A DNA stretch of 64,000 bases from Corallococcus caeni. GTDB lineage: Bacteria > Myxococcota > Myxococcia > Myxococcales > Myxococcaceae. The stretch lies in the NCBI RefSeq assembly GCF_036245885.1, contig NZ_BTTX01000008.1. One strand, given 5' to 3'. Shown here piece by piece: positions 19,108 to 27,840 of this stretch. Within the stretch, counting starts at the first letter, position 1. Each line of letters begins with the position of its first letter. A program made the translations under genes and the position numbers. The notes beneath the pieces were generated by a model. It worked only from the letters and a program-made list of their open reading frames with translations. It had not been told where the DNA came from and made no database searches.

Positions 19108-21621
19108 CTAGTGGACCTCGGGCGGAGGCGCCCCCAGCTTCTCCAGGAGCTTCTCCACCGGATCGCTGTCCTGGCTGACGTCCGCCATGGCGGCCCGGTA
19201 CTCGATGGAGGTCACCTTCTCCACATCCGGCATCAGGCGGTTGATGACCGTGCGCGCCGCGTCCGCGTTGCACTCGGGCAGCACCACCGCGAAGACGCCC
19301 AGTCCCAGGTGGGCGATGGAGTCCGGGTGGCGCACGCGCTTGCGCATCACGTCCCCCATGTTGGGCGGCATGGCGTCCAGGTCGCGGTCCGGACGGAGCA
19401 CCGCCAGCGTGAGGGCGCGGTGGTAGCGCCGGCTGCGGGCCACCTCCTGCTCCAGGCGCAAGAGCAGGCCGCGGCGGTCGAGCAGGCCCGTCGCCGGGTC
19501 GCTGCCGGTGCGGCGCTGGAGCGAGTTCGTCTTGTCCTGCTGCTCCTTGTCACCCTGGCGCAGCTTGAGCGCGCGCTCGGTGCGGTTGAGCAGCTCCACC
19601 GCGTTGAAGGGCTTGGCCATGTAGTCCACCGCGCCCAGGTTGAGCGCGCGGACCTTGTCGGCCACGCCCTGGTGGGCGGACAGGAGGATGACGGGGATGT
19701 GCGCCGTGTCCGACGAGGACTTGAGCGCCATGGCCGCGTCCAGGCCGTCCAGCTTGGGCAGGAACACGTCCATGACCACCAGGTCCGGCCGGGACGCCCG
19801 CGCCTTCGCCAGGCCCTCCGCGCCGTCGCGCGCCACCTCCACGCGGTACTTCGAGCGCAGCACCTCCGACAGCACCGCGGCGATTTCCGGCTCGTCCTCC
19901 ACCACCAGCACGCGCGGCTGCTCGGGTGCGGCGCCGGGCGCGGGCTGCGGCCGGGGGTTGCGCGCGGCCTCCTGCGCCAGGGGCAGCGTGAAGACGAAGG
20001 TGCAGCCGCCGTCGGCCGGGCTCTCCGCCCAGATTTCACCGCCGTGCAGCTCCACGAACTCCTTGCAGATGGCCAGCCCCAGCCCCGTGCCCTTGGGCCC
20101 GTGGCGGTAGCGGTCGAACACGAGGTGCAGCTCGTCCGGGGGGATGCCCACCCCGTTGTCGCTCACCATCACCCGCACCGCGTCGCCGTCCGGGCGGGAC
20201 AGCCGCTGCGTGCGCACCACGACCGAGCCCGGTTCGCTGGCGTGCTGGATGGCATTGCTGATGAGGTTCTGCAGCACCTCGTGCAGCTTCACCTCGTCGC
20301 CAATCAGCATCAGGCTGTCGGGGCACTCGGAGCGCAGCGCCACGGCCTTCTCCGCCGCCAGGATTTCCAGCTCCGCCACGGCGTCGCGGCACAGCTGCGC
20401 CACGTCCAGCACTCGGGGCTCGATGGACAGCCGCGCCGCCTCGCCCTTGCCCTTCTCCAGCAGGGACTCGACCAGGGTGAGGATCTTCCGGCCCTGGCGG
20501 ATCATCGCCTCCGCGGACTGCTTCTGCTGCGCCTCCAGCGGCCCTTCCAGGAGCAGCCGGCCGTGCCCCAGCAGCACCTGGAGCGGGGCGCGCAGGTCGT
20601 GGCTGCACACCGCGATGATCTCATCCTTGAGGCGGTTGAGCTCCTTGAGGCGGCGGTTCGCGTCGGTGAGCTCGCGGTAGCGCTCCACGTACGCCAGCTC
20701 CATGTCCTCGCGCTTCTTCTTCACCGCCGTGTGCAGGCGCGCGTTGCGGATGGAGTTGGCGAGCACGCCCGCCACCGCCTCCGCGAACTCCTGCTCGTCG
20801 CGCCCGATGGACGCCTCGCCCTTGGACACGCGCAGGAAGAGCGCGCCCAAGAGGTCGTCCTGGCAGATGAGCGGCTGCACCAGGATGGACTTCACGCCCT
20901 GCGGCAGGAGCGACGTGCGCACCTCCGCCATCAGCGGGTCGCGCTGCGCCTCTTCAATCAGCACGGGCTGCCGCGTCTCCAGCGCGCGGCGCAGCTCCGG
21001 ATAGCGCGCCACCTCGATGTCCAGCTGGACGAGGCTGGGGTCCTCCTGCGTCGCGACGACCGTGGCCGTGCGCGCGTGGCTGCCCTCCACCAGCACCACG
21101 GAGCAGCGGTCCGTGCCCGTGACCTGGCCGACCTTCTCCACCGCGATGCGGAGGATCTCCTCCAGCTCCAGGGAGCTGGTGGCCGCCTGGGTGATTTCCA
21201 GCAGCATCCCCATGCGCATGCGGATGCGCTCCTCGCGCTCCTTCAGCCTCCAGGCGCGCAGGGCGGACTCCAGCCGGGGCACCAGCTCATCCGCGCCGCG
21301 CACGAAGTCGTCCACCGCCAGCCGCTTGAAGGCCTCCGCGGAACGGGCGCGGCCCTGATCCACCAGCACCGGCAGGCGCTGGAGCTTGTCCGTCTTGCGC
21401 ACCGTCTCCAGCAGCTCCGCCGCCCGCTTGGCCGTCACCGCCAGGAGCACCACCTCCGGCTGGAGCTGATCCACCATCTCCGCCAGCCCGGTCTCCCGTT
21501 CGGTGGAGGCGCACTGGTACCCACTCGCCGTGAGCCGCTCCACCAGCGCGTCACCCGCGGCCTTCGCCGCGAGGACGAGCACCCGCCCCCGCTGCTCCGA
21601 CGACAGCATCTCGATCCTCAC
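19108..21621 (-). CDS. Hybrid sensor histidine kinase: pseudo-receiver, GAF, HisKA/HATPase, receiver, degenerate GGDEF-like C-terminus
   Basis: H-box CSHDLRAPL. N/G boxes NLISNAIQH, DNGVGIP, GTGLGLAI. Receiver VLVVEDEPEI...DLVVMDVFLP with K in AKPF. The C-terminal ~170 aa is GGDEF-like but lacks GG[DE]EF (GLGVFAV). Confidence 0.8.
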   Translation of the reverse strand: MRIEMLSSEQRGRVLVLAAKAAGDALVERLTASGYQCASTERETGLAEMVDQLQPEVVLLAVTAKRAAELLETVRKTDKLQRLPVLVDQGRARSAEAFKRLAVDDFVRGADELVPRLESALRAWRLKEREERIRMRMGMLLEITQAATSSLELEEILRIAVEKVGQVTGTDRCSVVLVEGSHARTATVVATQEDPSLVQLDIEVARYPELRRALETRQPVLIEEAQRDPLMAEVRTSLLPQGVKSILVQPLICQDDLLGALFLRVSKGEASIGRDEQEFAEAVAGVLANSIRNARLHTAVKKKREDMELAYVERYRELTDANRRLKELNRLKDEIIAVCSHDLRAPLQVLLGHGRLLLEGPLEAQQKQSAEAMIRQGRKILTLVESLLEKGKGEAARLSIEPRVLDVAQLCRDAVAELEILAAEKAVALRSECPDSLMLIGDEVKLHEVLQNLISNAIQHASEPGSVVVRTQRLSRPDGDAVRVMVSDNGVGIPPDELHLVFDRYRHGPKGTGLGLAICKEFVELHGGEIWAESPADGGCTFVFTLPLAQEAARNPRPQPAPGAAPEQPRVLVVEDEPEIAAVLSEVLRSKYRVEVARDGAEGLAKARASRPDLVVMDVFLPKLDGLDAAMALKSSSDTAHIPVILLSAHQGVADKVRALNLGAVDYMAKPFNAVELLNRTERALKLRQGDKEQQDKTNSLQRRTGSDPATGLLDRRGLLLRLEQEVARSRRYHRALTLAVLRPDRDLDAMPPNMGDVMRKRVRHPDSIAHLGLGVFAVVLPECNADAARTVINRLMPDVEKVTSIEYRAAMADVSQDSDPVEKLLEKLGAPPPEVH

Positions 21622-22060
21622 GGCGCGCCTCCGCCCCGCCTGGCCAGGGAACGACGTCGCAAAAACCCGTTGGGTGCGGAAGGGGTCATGGTCGATTCCG
21701 GATCATGCCGTCTAACCCGTCCGCGGGCCAGCGGATGGACGGGGCTCTCCTGAGTGAGAGGGGTGAGAAAAGGCGCGCGACGTATACCCCGGCCCGGTGT
21801 CCTTCCTCCGGAATCCCGTATGCGCGTGACGGTCCGGTGACCCGAATCGCCTGCCCAGCCCCTTGAAGGGGTGGAACTGCGCGAAAACAGCGGGGCTGTC
21901 CCTTTCTTCCCATACTACCTTTCATGCCCGGCCGGAGGCAGGCCGGACAGGCATGACCCGGCGGGGTTTTGCGTGGCCCGCGCGATCAGGATCCGGGGGG
22001 AAAAGCCGGTGGGTCGTGGCCCCGCCCGCTTCCCAGGGGAGCGCGGTAGAGTGTGAAACC

Positions 22061-23623
22061 ATGCACTCCGTCCCTTCGCGCCTGTTCGCGCAGCGGGCCT
22101 TCCTGGCCACGCTGACCCTCTGCGCTTCCGTGTTCGCCGCTTGTGGTGGTGACAAGCCGCCCCCTGTTCCGGATCCGCCGGTGGTGACCCTCACCGTGCC
22201 GCAGCCCAACACGGCGGCCCCGTCGCTGACGGTGCGGGTCATCGTGTCCGGGTGTGACTCCGTGGCGCAGGTGGACATCTACGACCGGGACACGTTCCTG
22301 AAGACGGTCCCCTACACCAGCGGGTCCATGGACTTCGAGCTGGCGCAGAACGAGATCAAGTACACCCGCGGCCTGGCCGTGGGCCTGTCGCTCAACGCGC
22401 GGGCGACGTGCTCGGACGGCCGGACCAACGTGTCCCAGCCCCAGGCGGCCACGTTCCTGCCGGTGACGAAGGTGATCAAGGACCCGGATCCCAACGGCCA
22501 GGTGGTGACGGACTTCTTCATCGCCGAGGGCAGCGGCACGAACGTCGCCTTCCTCGGGTGCGGCAACCCCACCACCGGCTCCGGCACGCTCTTCCGCGTG
22601 GACTCGGCGGGCACGGTGCGCAACTCGGTGGAGATGGGCATCCCGTGCAGCACGGACACGGTCATCACCAGCGTCAACGCGCAGAGCGGCAAGCGGTGGG
22701 TGTGGACGCCCGGCATCGGCGCGGTGGCCATTGACAACAACTTCGTCATCTCCGGCCGGACGGCGACCACCTACAGGCCGGAGCGCTTCTCCGTCATGGA
22801 CAACGGGGACGCGCTCGTCATCAATGGCATCAACGTCTCGCGGCTCAAGCACACGTCGACGAACGGCGTGTTCCAGTGGACGCACCAGTCGTCGTGGCGG
22901 CCCGTCGGGCCGGCGCAGCAGAAGGGGGCGGAGGTCATCTTCCCCATGTCGCGCGTGCCCAACGAGGCGTCGCCCAACCTCCTCGAGCTCGTGGTGGTTA
23001 CGCTGGCCGTCGAGGCCTCCGGAGACAAGGTGCCCCTGGTGCACGAGCGGATCATCACCCAGTACCAGGGCGACTCCGCCTCACCGCCCCCCGTCTCGCT
23101 CAGCCCGGACGGCGGGACGGTCTTCCTGGCGCTCTCCTTCGCCAACAACCAGTCGCGGGTGCAGGCCTGCTCCACGGAGGTGCCGGGCTGCGAGGGCTCC
23201 GCGCTCAAGTGGATGAGCGTCACGCTGCCGGTGCCGCTGAACTTCCTGCTGCCCTTCTCCGCGGGCTCGAAGCTGGCGGCCATCGGCACGCAGCGCGTGT
23301 GGTTCCTGAATACGGGGAACGGCCTCGTCGCCAACAAGGGCGGCGTCTCCGTGGACGCGTCCGGGCAGCTGCGCATCCGCCAGGTGCAGCTGGGCCTGCC
23401 GACGAGCCCGGAGTTCTACCTGCTCAACGGCCCGGACGCGGCCGGCACGCTGCCCGTCGAAATCGTCGCGGTGGACTCCGCCGAGAAGGGCGAGCTGTTC
23501 CGTTACGAGGTCTCCAGCAGCCTGTCCTGCTCCGTGGATGACAGCGGCCGGCTGTGGATGCGCGTGGGCAACAACCTGGTCCAGGCCCTGCCGCTGAGCG
23601 ACTATCGCGCCGTCAAGCCGTAG
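22061..23623 (+). CDS. Large hypothetical lipoprotein
   Basis: Signal peptide and lipobox MHSVPSRLFAQRAFLATLTLCASVFAACGG, then 520 aa with no recognisable motif (probably a beta-rich repeat fold). Confidence 0.6.
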   Translation: MHSVPSRLFAQRAFLATLTLCASVFAACGGDKPPPVPDPPVVTLTVPQPNTAAPSLTVRVIVSGCDSVAQVDIYDRDTFLKTVPYTSGSMDFELAQNEIKYTRGLAVGLSLNARATCSDGRTNVSQPQAATFLPVTKVIKDPDPNGQVVTDFFIAEGSGTNVAFLGCGNPTTGSGTLFRVDSAGTVRNSVEMGIPCSTDTVITSVNAQSGKRWVWTPGIGAVAIDNNFVISGRTATTYRPERFSVMDNGDALVINGINVSRLKHTSTNGVFQWTHQSSWRPVGPAQQKGAEVIFPMSRVPNEASPNLLELVVVTLAVEASGDKVPLVHERIITQYQGDSASPPPVSLSPDGGTVFLALSFANNQSRVQACSTEVPGCEGSALKWMSVTLPVPLNFLLPFSAGSKLAAIGTQRVWFLNTGNGLVANKGGVSVDASGQLRIRQVQLGLPTSPEFYLLNGPDAAGTLPVEIVAVDSAEKGELFRYEVSSSLSCSVDDSGRLWMRVGNNLVQALPLSDYRAVKP

Positions 23624-23632
23624 CAGCGGCCG

Positions 23633-24373
23633 TCAGGGCCTGTCGGCGACGAGGAGCGCCTCCACGTTGCCGGCGGGCCCGGGCACGGGCGAGTCCATCA
23701 CCCCGCGCACGGTGAGCCCGTGCTCGCGCACGAACGCCGTCACGGTGTCGATGGCGTCCTGCCGCGCCGCGGGGTCGCGCACCACGCCGCCCTTGCCCAC
23801 CCGGTCCGGCCCCACCTCGAACTGGGGCTTCACCAGCGCCACCAGCAGGCCGCCCGGGACGAGGAACGGCAGCACCGACGGCAGCACCTGGGTGAGCGAG
23901 ATGAAGCTCACGTCGATGACGACCACGCCCACCTTCTCCGGCAGGTCCTCGTCCGTGAGGTAGCGCGCGTTGACGCGCTCGCGCGAGCGGACGCGGGGGT
24001 CCACGCGCAGCTTCTCGTGGAGCTGGCCGTAGCCCACGTCGATGGCGTGCACCCGCACCGCGCCGTGCTGGAGCAGGCAGTCGGTGAAGCCGCCCGTGCT
24101 GGCGCCGATGTCCGCGCCCACGCGGCCCGTCACGTCCAGGCCGAAGCGGTCCATGGCCGCCTTCAGCTTGAGGCCGCCGCGCGACACGTACGGGAGCACC
24201 TCGCCCTTGAGGCGCAGCTCCGCCTCCACGGGGACCAGGGAGCCGGGCTTGTCCACGCGCTGATCCGCGACCACGACCTGGCCCGCGAGGATGAGCGCCT
24301 GCGCCTTGGTGCGCGACTCAGCGAGCCCGCGCTCCACGACCAGCACGTCCAGCCGTTCCTTCTTCGGCTTCAC
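23633..24373 (-). CDS. tlyA: TlyA-family rRNA 2'-O-methyltransferase (hemolysin A-like)
   Basis: S4 domain N-terminus RLDVLVVERGLAESRTKAQALILAG. FtsJ-like SAM motif GADIGASTGGFTDCL. GTG start overlapping the dxs stop. Confidence 0.85.
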   Translation of the reverse strand: MKPKKERLDVLVVERGLAESRTKAQALILAGQVVVADQRVDKPGSLVPVEAELRLKGEVLPYVSRGGLKLKAAMDRFGLDVTGRVGADIGASTGGFTDCLLQHGAVRVHAIDVGYGQLHEKLRVDPRVRSRERVNARYLTDEDLPEKVGVVVIDVSFISLTQVLPSVLPFLVPGGLLVALVKPQFEVGPDRVGKGGVVRDPAARQDAIDTVTAFVREHGLTVRGVMDSPVPGPAGNVEALLVADRP

Positions 24374-26145
24374 CGGCGCTCCTCTTCAAGCAGCGCATGG
24401 CCCGCGCGCCGCAGGCCCGCCGCGTCCAGTCCCAACTCCGTGCGCTGCACCCGCGCGTCCCCGTGCGGCAGGAACACGTCCGGCATGCCCAGCAGCTTCA
24501 CCCGGGGCGCGATGCCGGCCGCCGCGTACAGCTCCAGCACCGCGCTGCCCAGGCCGCCCCGGACGGTGCCCTCCTCCGCCACCACCACGTGCCCGCCCGC
24601 CGCGGCCTCCAGGAGCGCGGCCTCGTCCAGGGGCCACGCCCGGCGCGCGTCCAGGACGCTCCAGCCGGGCTCATTCCGGGCCGCCTCCAGCGCGGACAGG
24701 CCCAGCGGCCCGAGCGTCACCAGCGTCAGCCGTGAGCCGGGGACACGCCTGAGCCAGCGGGCACCTGGAACCGTCAGCGCGTCCGGCCTGGAGGCTTCGG
24801 ACTCCGCGTGCGCCAGCTCTGGCGGAAGGTCCGGCAGCGTGCCTCGCGGGAAGCGCAGCACGGAGGGCCCGGAGGCCTGGAGCGCGGCGGCGAGCATGGG
24901 CGCCAGGTCCTCTCCCACCACCGGGGCCCACTGCGTGAGGCCCGGCAGTGGCCGGAGGAAGGACACGTCGTAGGCGCCCTGGTGCGTGGCGCCATCCGCG
25001 CCCACGAGCCCCGCCCGGTCCACCGCGAAGACCACGGGCAGGCCCGGCAGGCACACGTCGTGGACCACCTGGTCGTACGCGCGCTGGAGGAAGGTGGAGT
25101 AGATGACGCAGACCGGCTTCGCCCCCGCCGCGGCCAGCCCCGCGCAGAAGGTCACGGCGTGCTGCTCCGCGATGCCCACGTCGTGCACGCGGTCCGGGAA
25201 GCGCGCCTTCAAGCCGGTGAGCGCGCTGCCCTCCAGCATCGCGGGCGTCACGGCCACCACGCGCGGGTCGCGCTCCAGCGCTTCCCCCAGCACCTGGGCG
25301 AAGGCCTCGCTGAACGTGGGCCGCCCGCCGCGCGAGCGCACCAGCTTGCCGTCGCGCCACTCGTACGGCCCCATCGCGTGGCCGCGCGTCTGCTCGTCGG
25401 CCTCCGCGGGAGGAAAGCCCCGCCCCTTCTTCGTCAGCGCGTGCACCACCACCGGGCGCGAGGACGCCTTCGCCTCGCGCAGCGCCCGGGTGAGCGCCCC
25501 CAGGTCATGCCCGTCCACCGGGCCCAGGTAGGTGAAGCCCAGCGATTCGAAGAAGGCGCGGGCGTTGCGCGTGCGCAGGAGCGCGGGGATGGCGCCCACG
25601 TTCGCGCTGATGGACATCTGGTTGTCGTTGAGCACCACCACGAGCGGCAGCGGGCTGCCCCCCGCGTTGTTGAGCCCCTCGAAGCTCAGGCCTCCGGTGA
25701 GCGCGCCGTCGCCCACCACCGCCACCACGTGGCCCGGATGGCCCAGCTGCCGCCGGCCGGCGAGCAGGCCCAGCGCCGCGGAGATGGCCGTGCACGCATG
25801 CCCCGCCGCCAGCGCGTCGTGGTGGCTCTCGCGCGGATCCAGGAACGGCGCGATGCCTCCCGCCTGCCGCAGCGTGTGCATGCGGTCGCGCCGGCCGGTG
25901 AGCAGCTTGTGCGCGTACGCCTGGTGCCCCACGTCGAAGAGGAGCGCGTCCTGCGGCGTGTGGAAGACGCGGTGGAGGGCCACCACCAGCTCCACCGCGC
26001 CCAGCGACGCGCCCAGGTGCCCGCCCACGCGGCCGCACGTGGTGATGATGGCCTCGCGCAGCGCCTCGCACAGGCCGGGCAGCGCGGCCTCGGGGAGCGC
26101 GCGCACATCCGCGGGAGACGCCACGCCGGACAGCACGTCCGCCAT
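24370..26145 (-). CDS. dxs: 1-deoxy-D-xylulose-5-phosphate synthase
   Basis: TPP-binding GHLGASLG and GDGALTGG motifs; transketolase-like architecture; 591 aa. Confidence 0.9.
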   Translation of the reverse strand: MADVLSGVASPADVRALPEAALPGLCEALREAIITTCGRVGGHLGASLGAVELVVALHRVFHTPQDALLFDVGHQAYAHKLLTGRRDRMHTLRQAGGIAPFLDPRESHHDALAAGHACTAISAALGLLAGRRQLGHPGHVVAVVGDGALTGGLSFEGLNNAGGSPLPLVVVLNDNQMSISANVGAIPALLRTRNARAFFESLGFTYLGPVDGHDLGALTRALREAKASSRPVVVHALTKKGRGFPPAEADEQTRGHAMGPYEWRDGKLVRSRGGRPTFSEAFAQVLGEALERDPRVVAVTPAMLEGSALTGLKARFPDRVHDVGIAEQHAVTFCAGLAAAGAKPVCVIYSTFLQRAYDQVVHDVCLPGLPVVFAVDRAGLVGADGATHQGAYDVSFLRPLPGLTQWAPVVGEDLAPMLAAALQASGPSVLRFPRGTLPDLPPELAHAESEASRPDALTVPGARWLRRVPGSRLTLVTLGPLGLSALEAARNEPGWSVLDARRAWPLDEAALLEAAAGGHVVVAEEGTVRGGLGSAVLELYAAAGIAPRVKLLGMPDVFLPHGDARVQRTELGLDAAGLRRAGHALLEEERR

Positions 26146-27038
26146 CAGGACTTCCGCTCCACCGAGTAGCGCGCCAGCGCCGCCAGCGGTCCGTCCGCGC
26201 CCTCGAGCGGGCGCACCGCGGCTTCCGCCCGGGCCACCAGCTCCGCGGCCATGCGGCGCGACTCGTCCAGCCCCACCACCGCCGGGAACGTGAAGCGCCC
26301 GGCCTCCGCGTCCGCGCCCACCGGCTTGCCCATGGCCTCCGCGCTCGACGTCACGTCCAACACGTCGTCGGCGATCTGGAAGGCCAGGCCCACGGCTTCA
26401 CCGTACGCCACCGCGCTCGCGAGCGCCGCCGCGTCGCCTCCGGCCGCCAGGACGCCCATCCGGCACGCCGCCAGGATGAGCGCGCCCGTCTTCAGCCGGT
26501 GCAGCCGCAGCAGGTAGTCCAGCGTCGCGGCCCGGTCCGCCGCGATGTCCAGCGCCTGCCCGCCCACCATCCCCGCCGCGCCCGAAGCGCGCGCCAGCTC
26601 CGCGCACAGCGTGCCGCGCACCGGCTCCGGCCCGGAGGCGAGCAGCGAGAAGGCCTCCGTGAGCAGCCCGTCCCCGGCCAGGAGCGCCAGCGGCTCGCCG
26701 TAGACCTTGTGGTTCGTGGGCACGCCCCGGCGCAGGTCGTCGTTGTCCATCGAGGGGAGGTCGTCATGCACCAGCGAGTACGTGTGCACGTACTCCAGCG
26801 CGCACGCGGCGTCCCGCACGGCGGCGGTGTCGGTGCTCGACTTCGTCACTGCGTCCGCGAAGGCCAGGCACAGCACCGGGCGCAGGCGCTTGCCGCCCGC
26901 GAGCAGCGAGTAGCGCATGGACTCCGCCAGCTTCGGCGGCGTGCCCGCGGGGCCCCAGCGTTCCGCGCTCTCGCGCAGGAGCGTCTCCACCCGCTCCTGC
27001 TGCGTGCGCATGAAGGGGTCCAGGTTGAAAGCGGCCAT
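26145..27038 (-). CDS. ispA: Farnesyl/geranylgeranyl diphosphate synthase
   Basis: First Asp-rich motif LVHDDLPSMDNDDLRRG and second motif FQIADDVLD. ATG at 27036-27038. Classic xseB-ispA-dxs synteny. Confidence 0.85.
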   Translation of the reverse strand: MAAFNLDPFMRTQQERVETLLRESAERWGPAGTPPKLAESMRYSLLAGGKRLRPVLCLAFADAVTKSSTDTAAVRDAACALEYVHTYSLVHDDLPSMDNDDLRRGVPTNHKVYGEPLALLAGDGLLTEAFSLLASGPEPVRGTLCAELARASGAAGMVGGQALDIAADRAATLDYLLRLHRLKTGALILAACRMGVLAAGGDAAALASAVAYGEAVGLAFQIADDVLDVTSSAEAMGKPVGADAEAGRFTFPAVVGLDESRRMAAELVARAEAAVRPLEGADGPLAALARYSVERKS

Positions 27039-27043
27039 CGGCG

Positions 27044-27433
27044 TCAGGGCTCCTTCGCCACGTCGGCGGGGATGAGTTCGCGGATGCGCTTGACGAGCGC
27101 GTCCAGCTCCAGCGGCTTCACGAAGTAGTCGGCCGCGCCGACCTCCATGCCGCGCCGCTTGTCCTCCGGGTCTCCCCGCCCGCTGATGAAGATGATGGGG
27201 ATGTCCCGGAACTGCTTGTTCTGCTTCACGGCCTGACACAGCTCGAAGCCGTTGATCCAGGACATGTTCACGTCCAGGAGGATGGCGTGCGGCCGGTGCA
27301 GCTCCAGCGACGCGACGAGCCGCAGGCCGTTTGCCGCGGACATCACCTCGAACCCCTCGGCCCCCAGGGCCTCGGCGAGCAGCTCGCGCGTGTCGCGGTC
27401 GTCATCGACAATCGTAATCTTCGGCTTCGACAT
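27044..27433 (-). CDS. Single-domain CheY-like response regulator
   Basis: Receiver residues TIVDDD, phospho-acceptor D in LLDVNMS, conserved K in YFVKP. No output domain. Confidence 0.8.
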   Translation of the reverse strand: MSKPKITIVDDDRDTRELLAEALGAEGFEVMSAANGLRLVASLELHRPHAILLDVNMSWINGFELCQAVKQNKQFRDIPIIFISGRGDPEDKRRGMEVGAADYFVKPLELDALVKRIRELIPADVAKEP

Positions 27434-27460
27434 GCCCGGCCTCCGCCCTTCCCCTGATGC

Positions 27461-27799
27461 CTAGAACGGGACATCGTCCTCCGGTGGCGGACGCGCCTGC
27501 GCGGCCGACCGGGGTGCGGCCTGGGGAGCAGGCCGGGCCCCCACCGCCAGCGGCGCGACGACCTCCTGGCCATCCTCGTCCACCAGCAGCTGCTCGATGC
27601 GCTGCTCGGCCTCCGTGAGCAGCTTCTCGCCCCGGCGGACCAGGCGGATGCCCTCCTCGAACGCCTTGAGCGACTCTTCCAGCGACAGGTCGCCGCTTTC
27701 CAGCCGCGCCACCGTCTCTTCCAGGCGCGACACCACGTCCCCGTACTGCTCCGGAGCGGGCTCCACCTTGGGGTTCTTGTCCGACTTCGCCACGGCCAT
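27461..27799 (-). CDS. xseB: Exodeoxyribonuclease VII small subunit
   Basis: XseB helical hairpin signature FEEGIRLVRRGEKLLTEAEQRIEQL; 112 aa. Confidence 0.8.
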   Translation of the reverse strand: MAVAKSDKNPKVEPAPEQYGDVVSRLEETVARLESGDLSLEESLKAFEEGIRLVRRGEKLLTEAEQRIEQLLVDEDGQEVVAPLAVGARPAPQAAPRSAAQARPPPEDDVPF

Positions 27800-27840
27800 C
27801 CACCTCCCCGAGCGGGGCGCGGAATGTAGAGGGTGGCCCG

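Noticed and set aside
17384-21753. Two long plus-strand ORFs (17384..19111 and 19111..21753) opposite the TPR and hybrid-kinase genes
   Set aside because: The opposite strand carries clear TPR repeats and complete HK/REC motifs. The plus-strand translations are R/A/G/H-rich junk.
21622-22060. Small ORFs (21686..21925, 21871..22056, 21922..22278) in the 440-bp divergent intergenic region
   Set aside because: They have no signal, motif or coding bias distinguishable from background. The region most likely holds divergent promoters for the kinase and lipoprotein genes.
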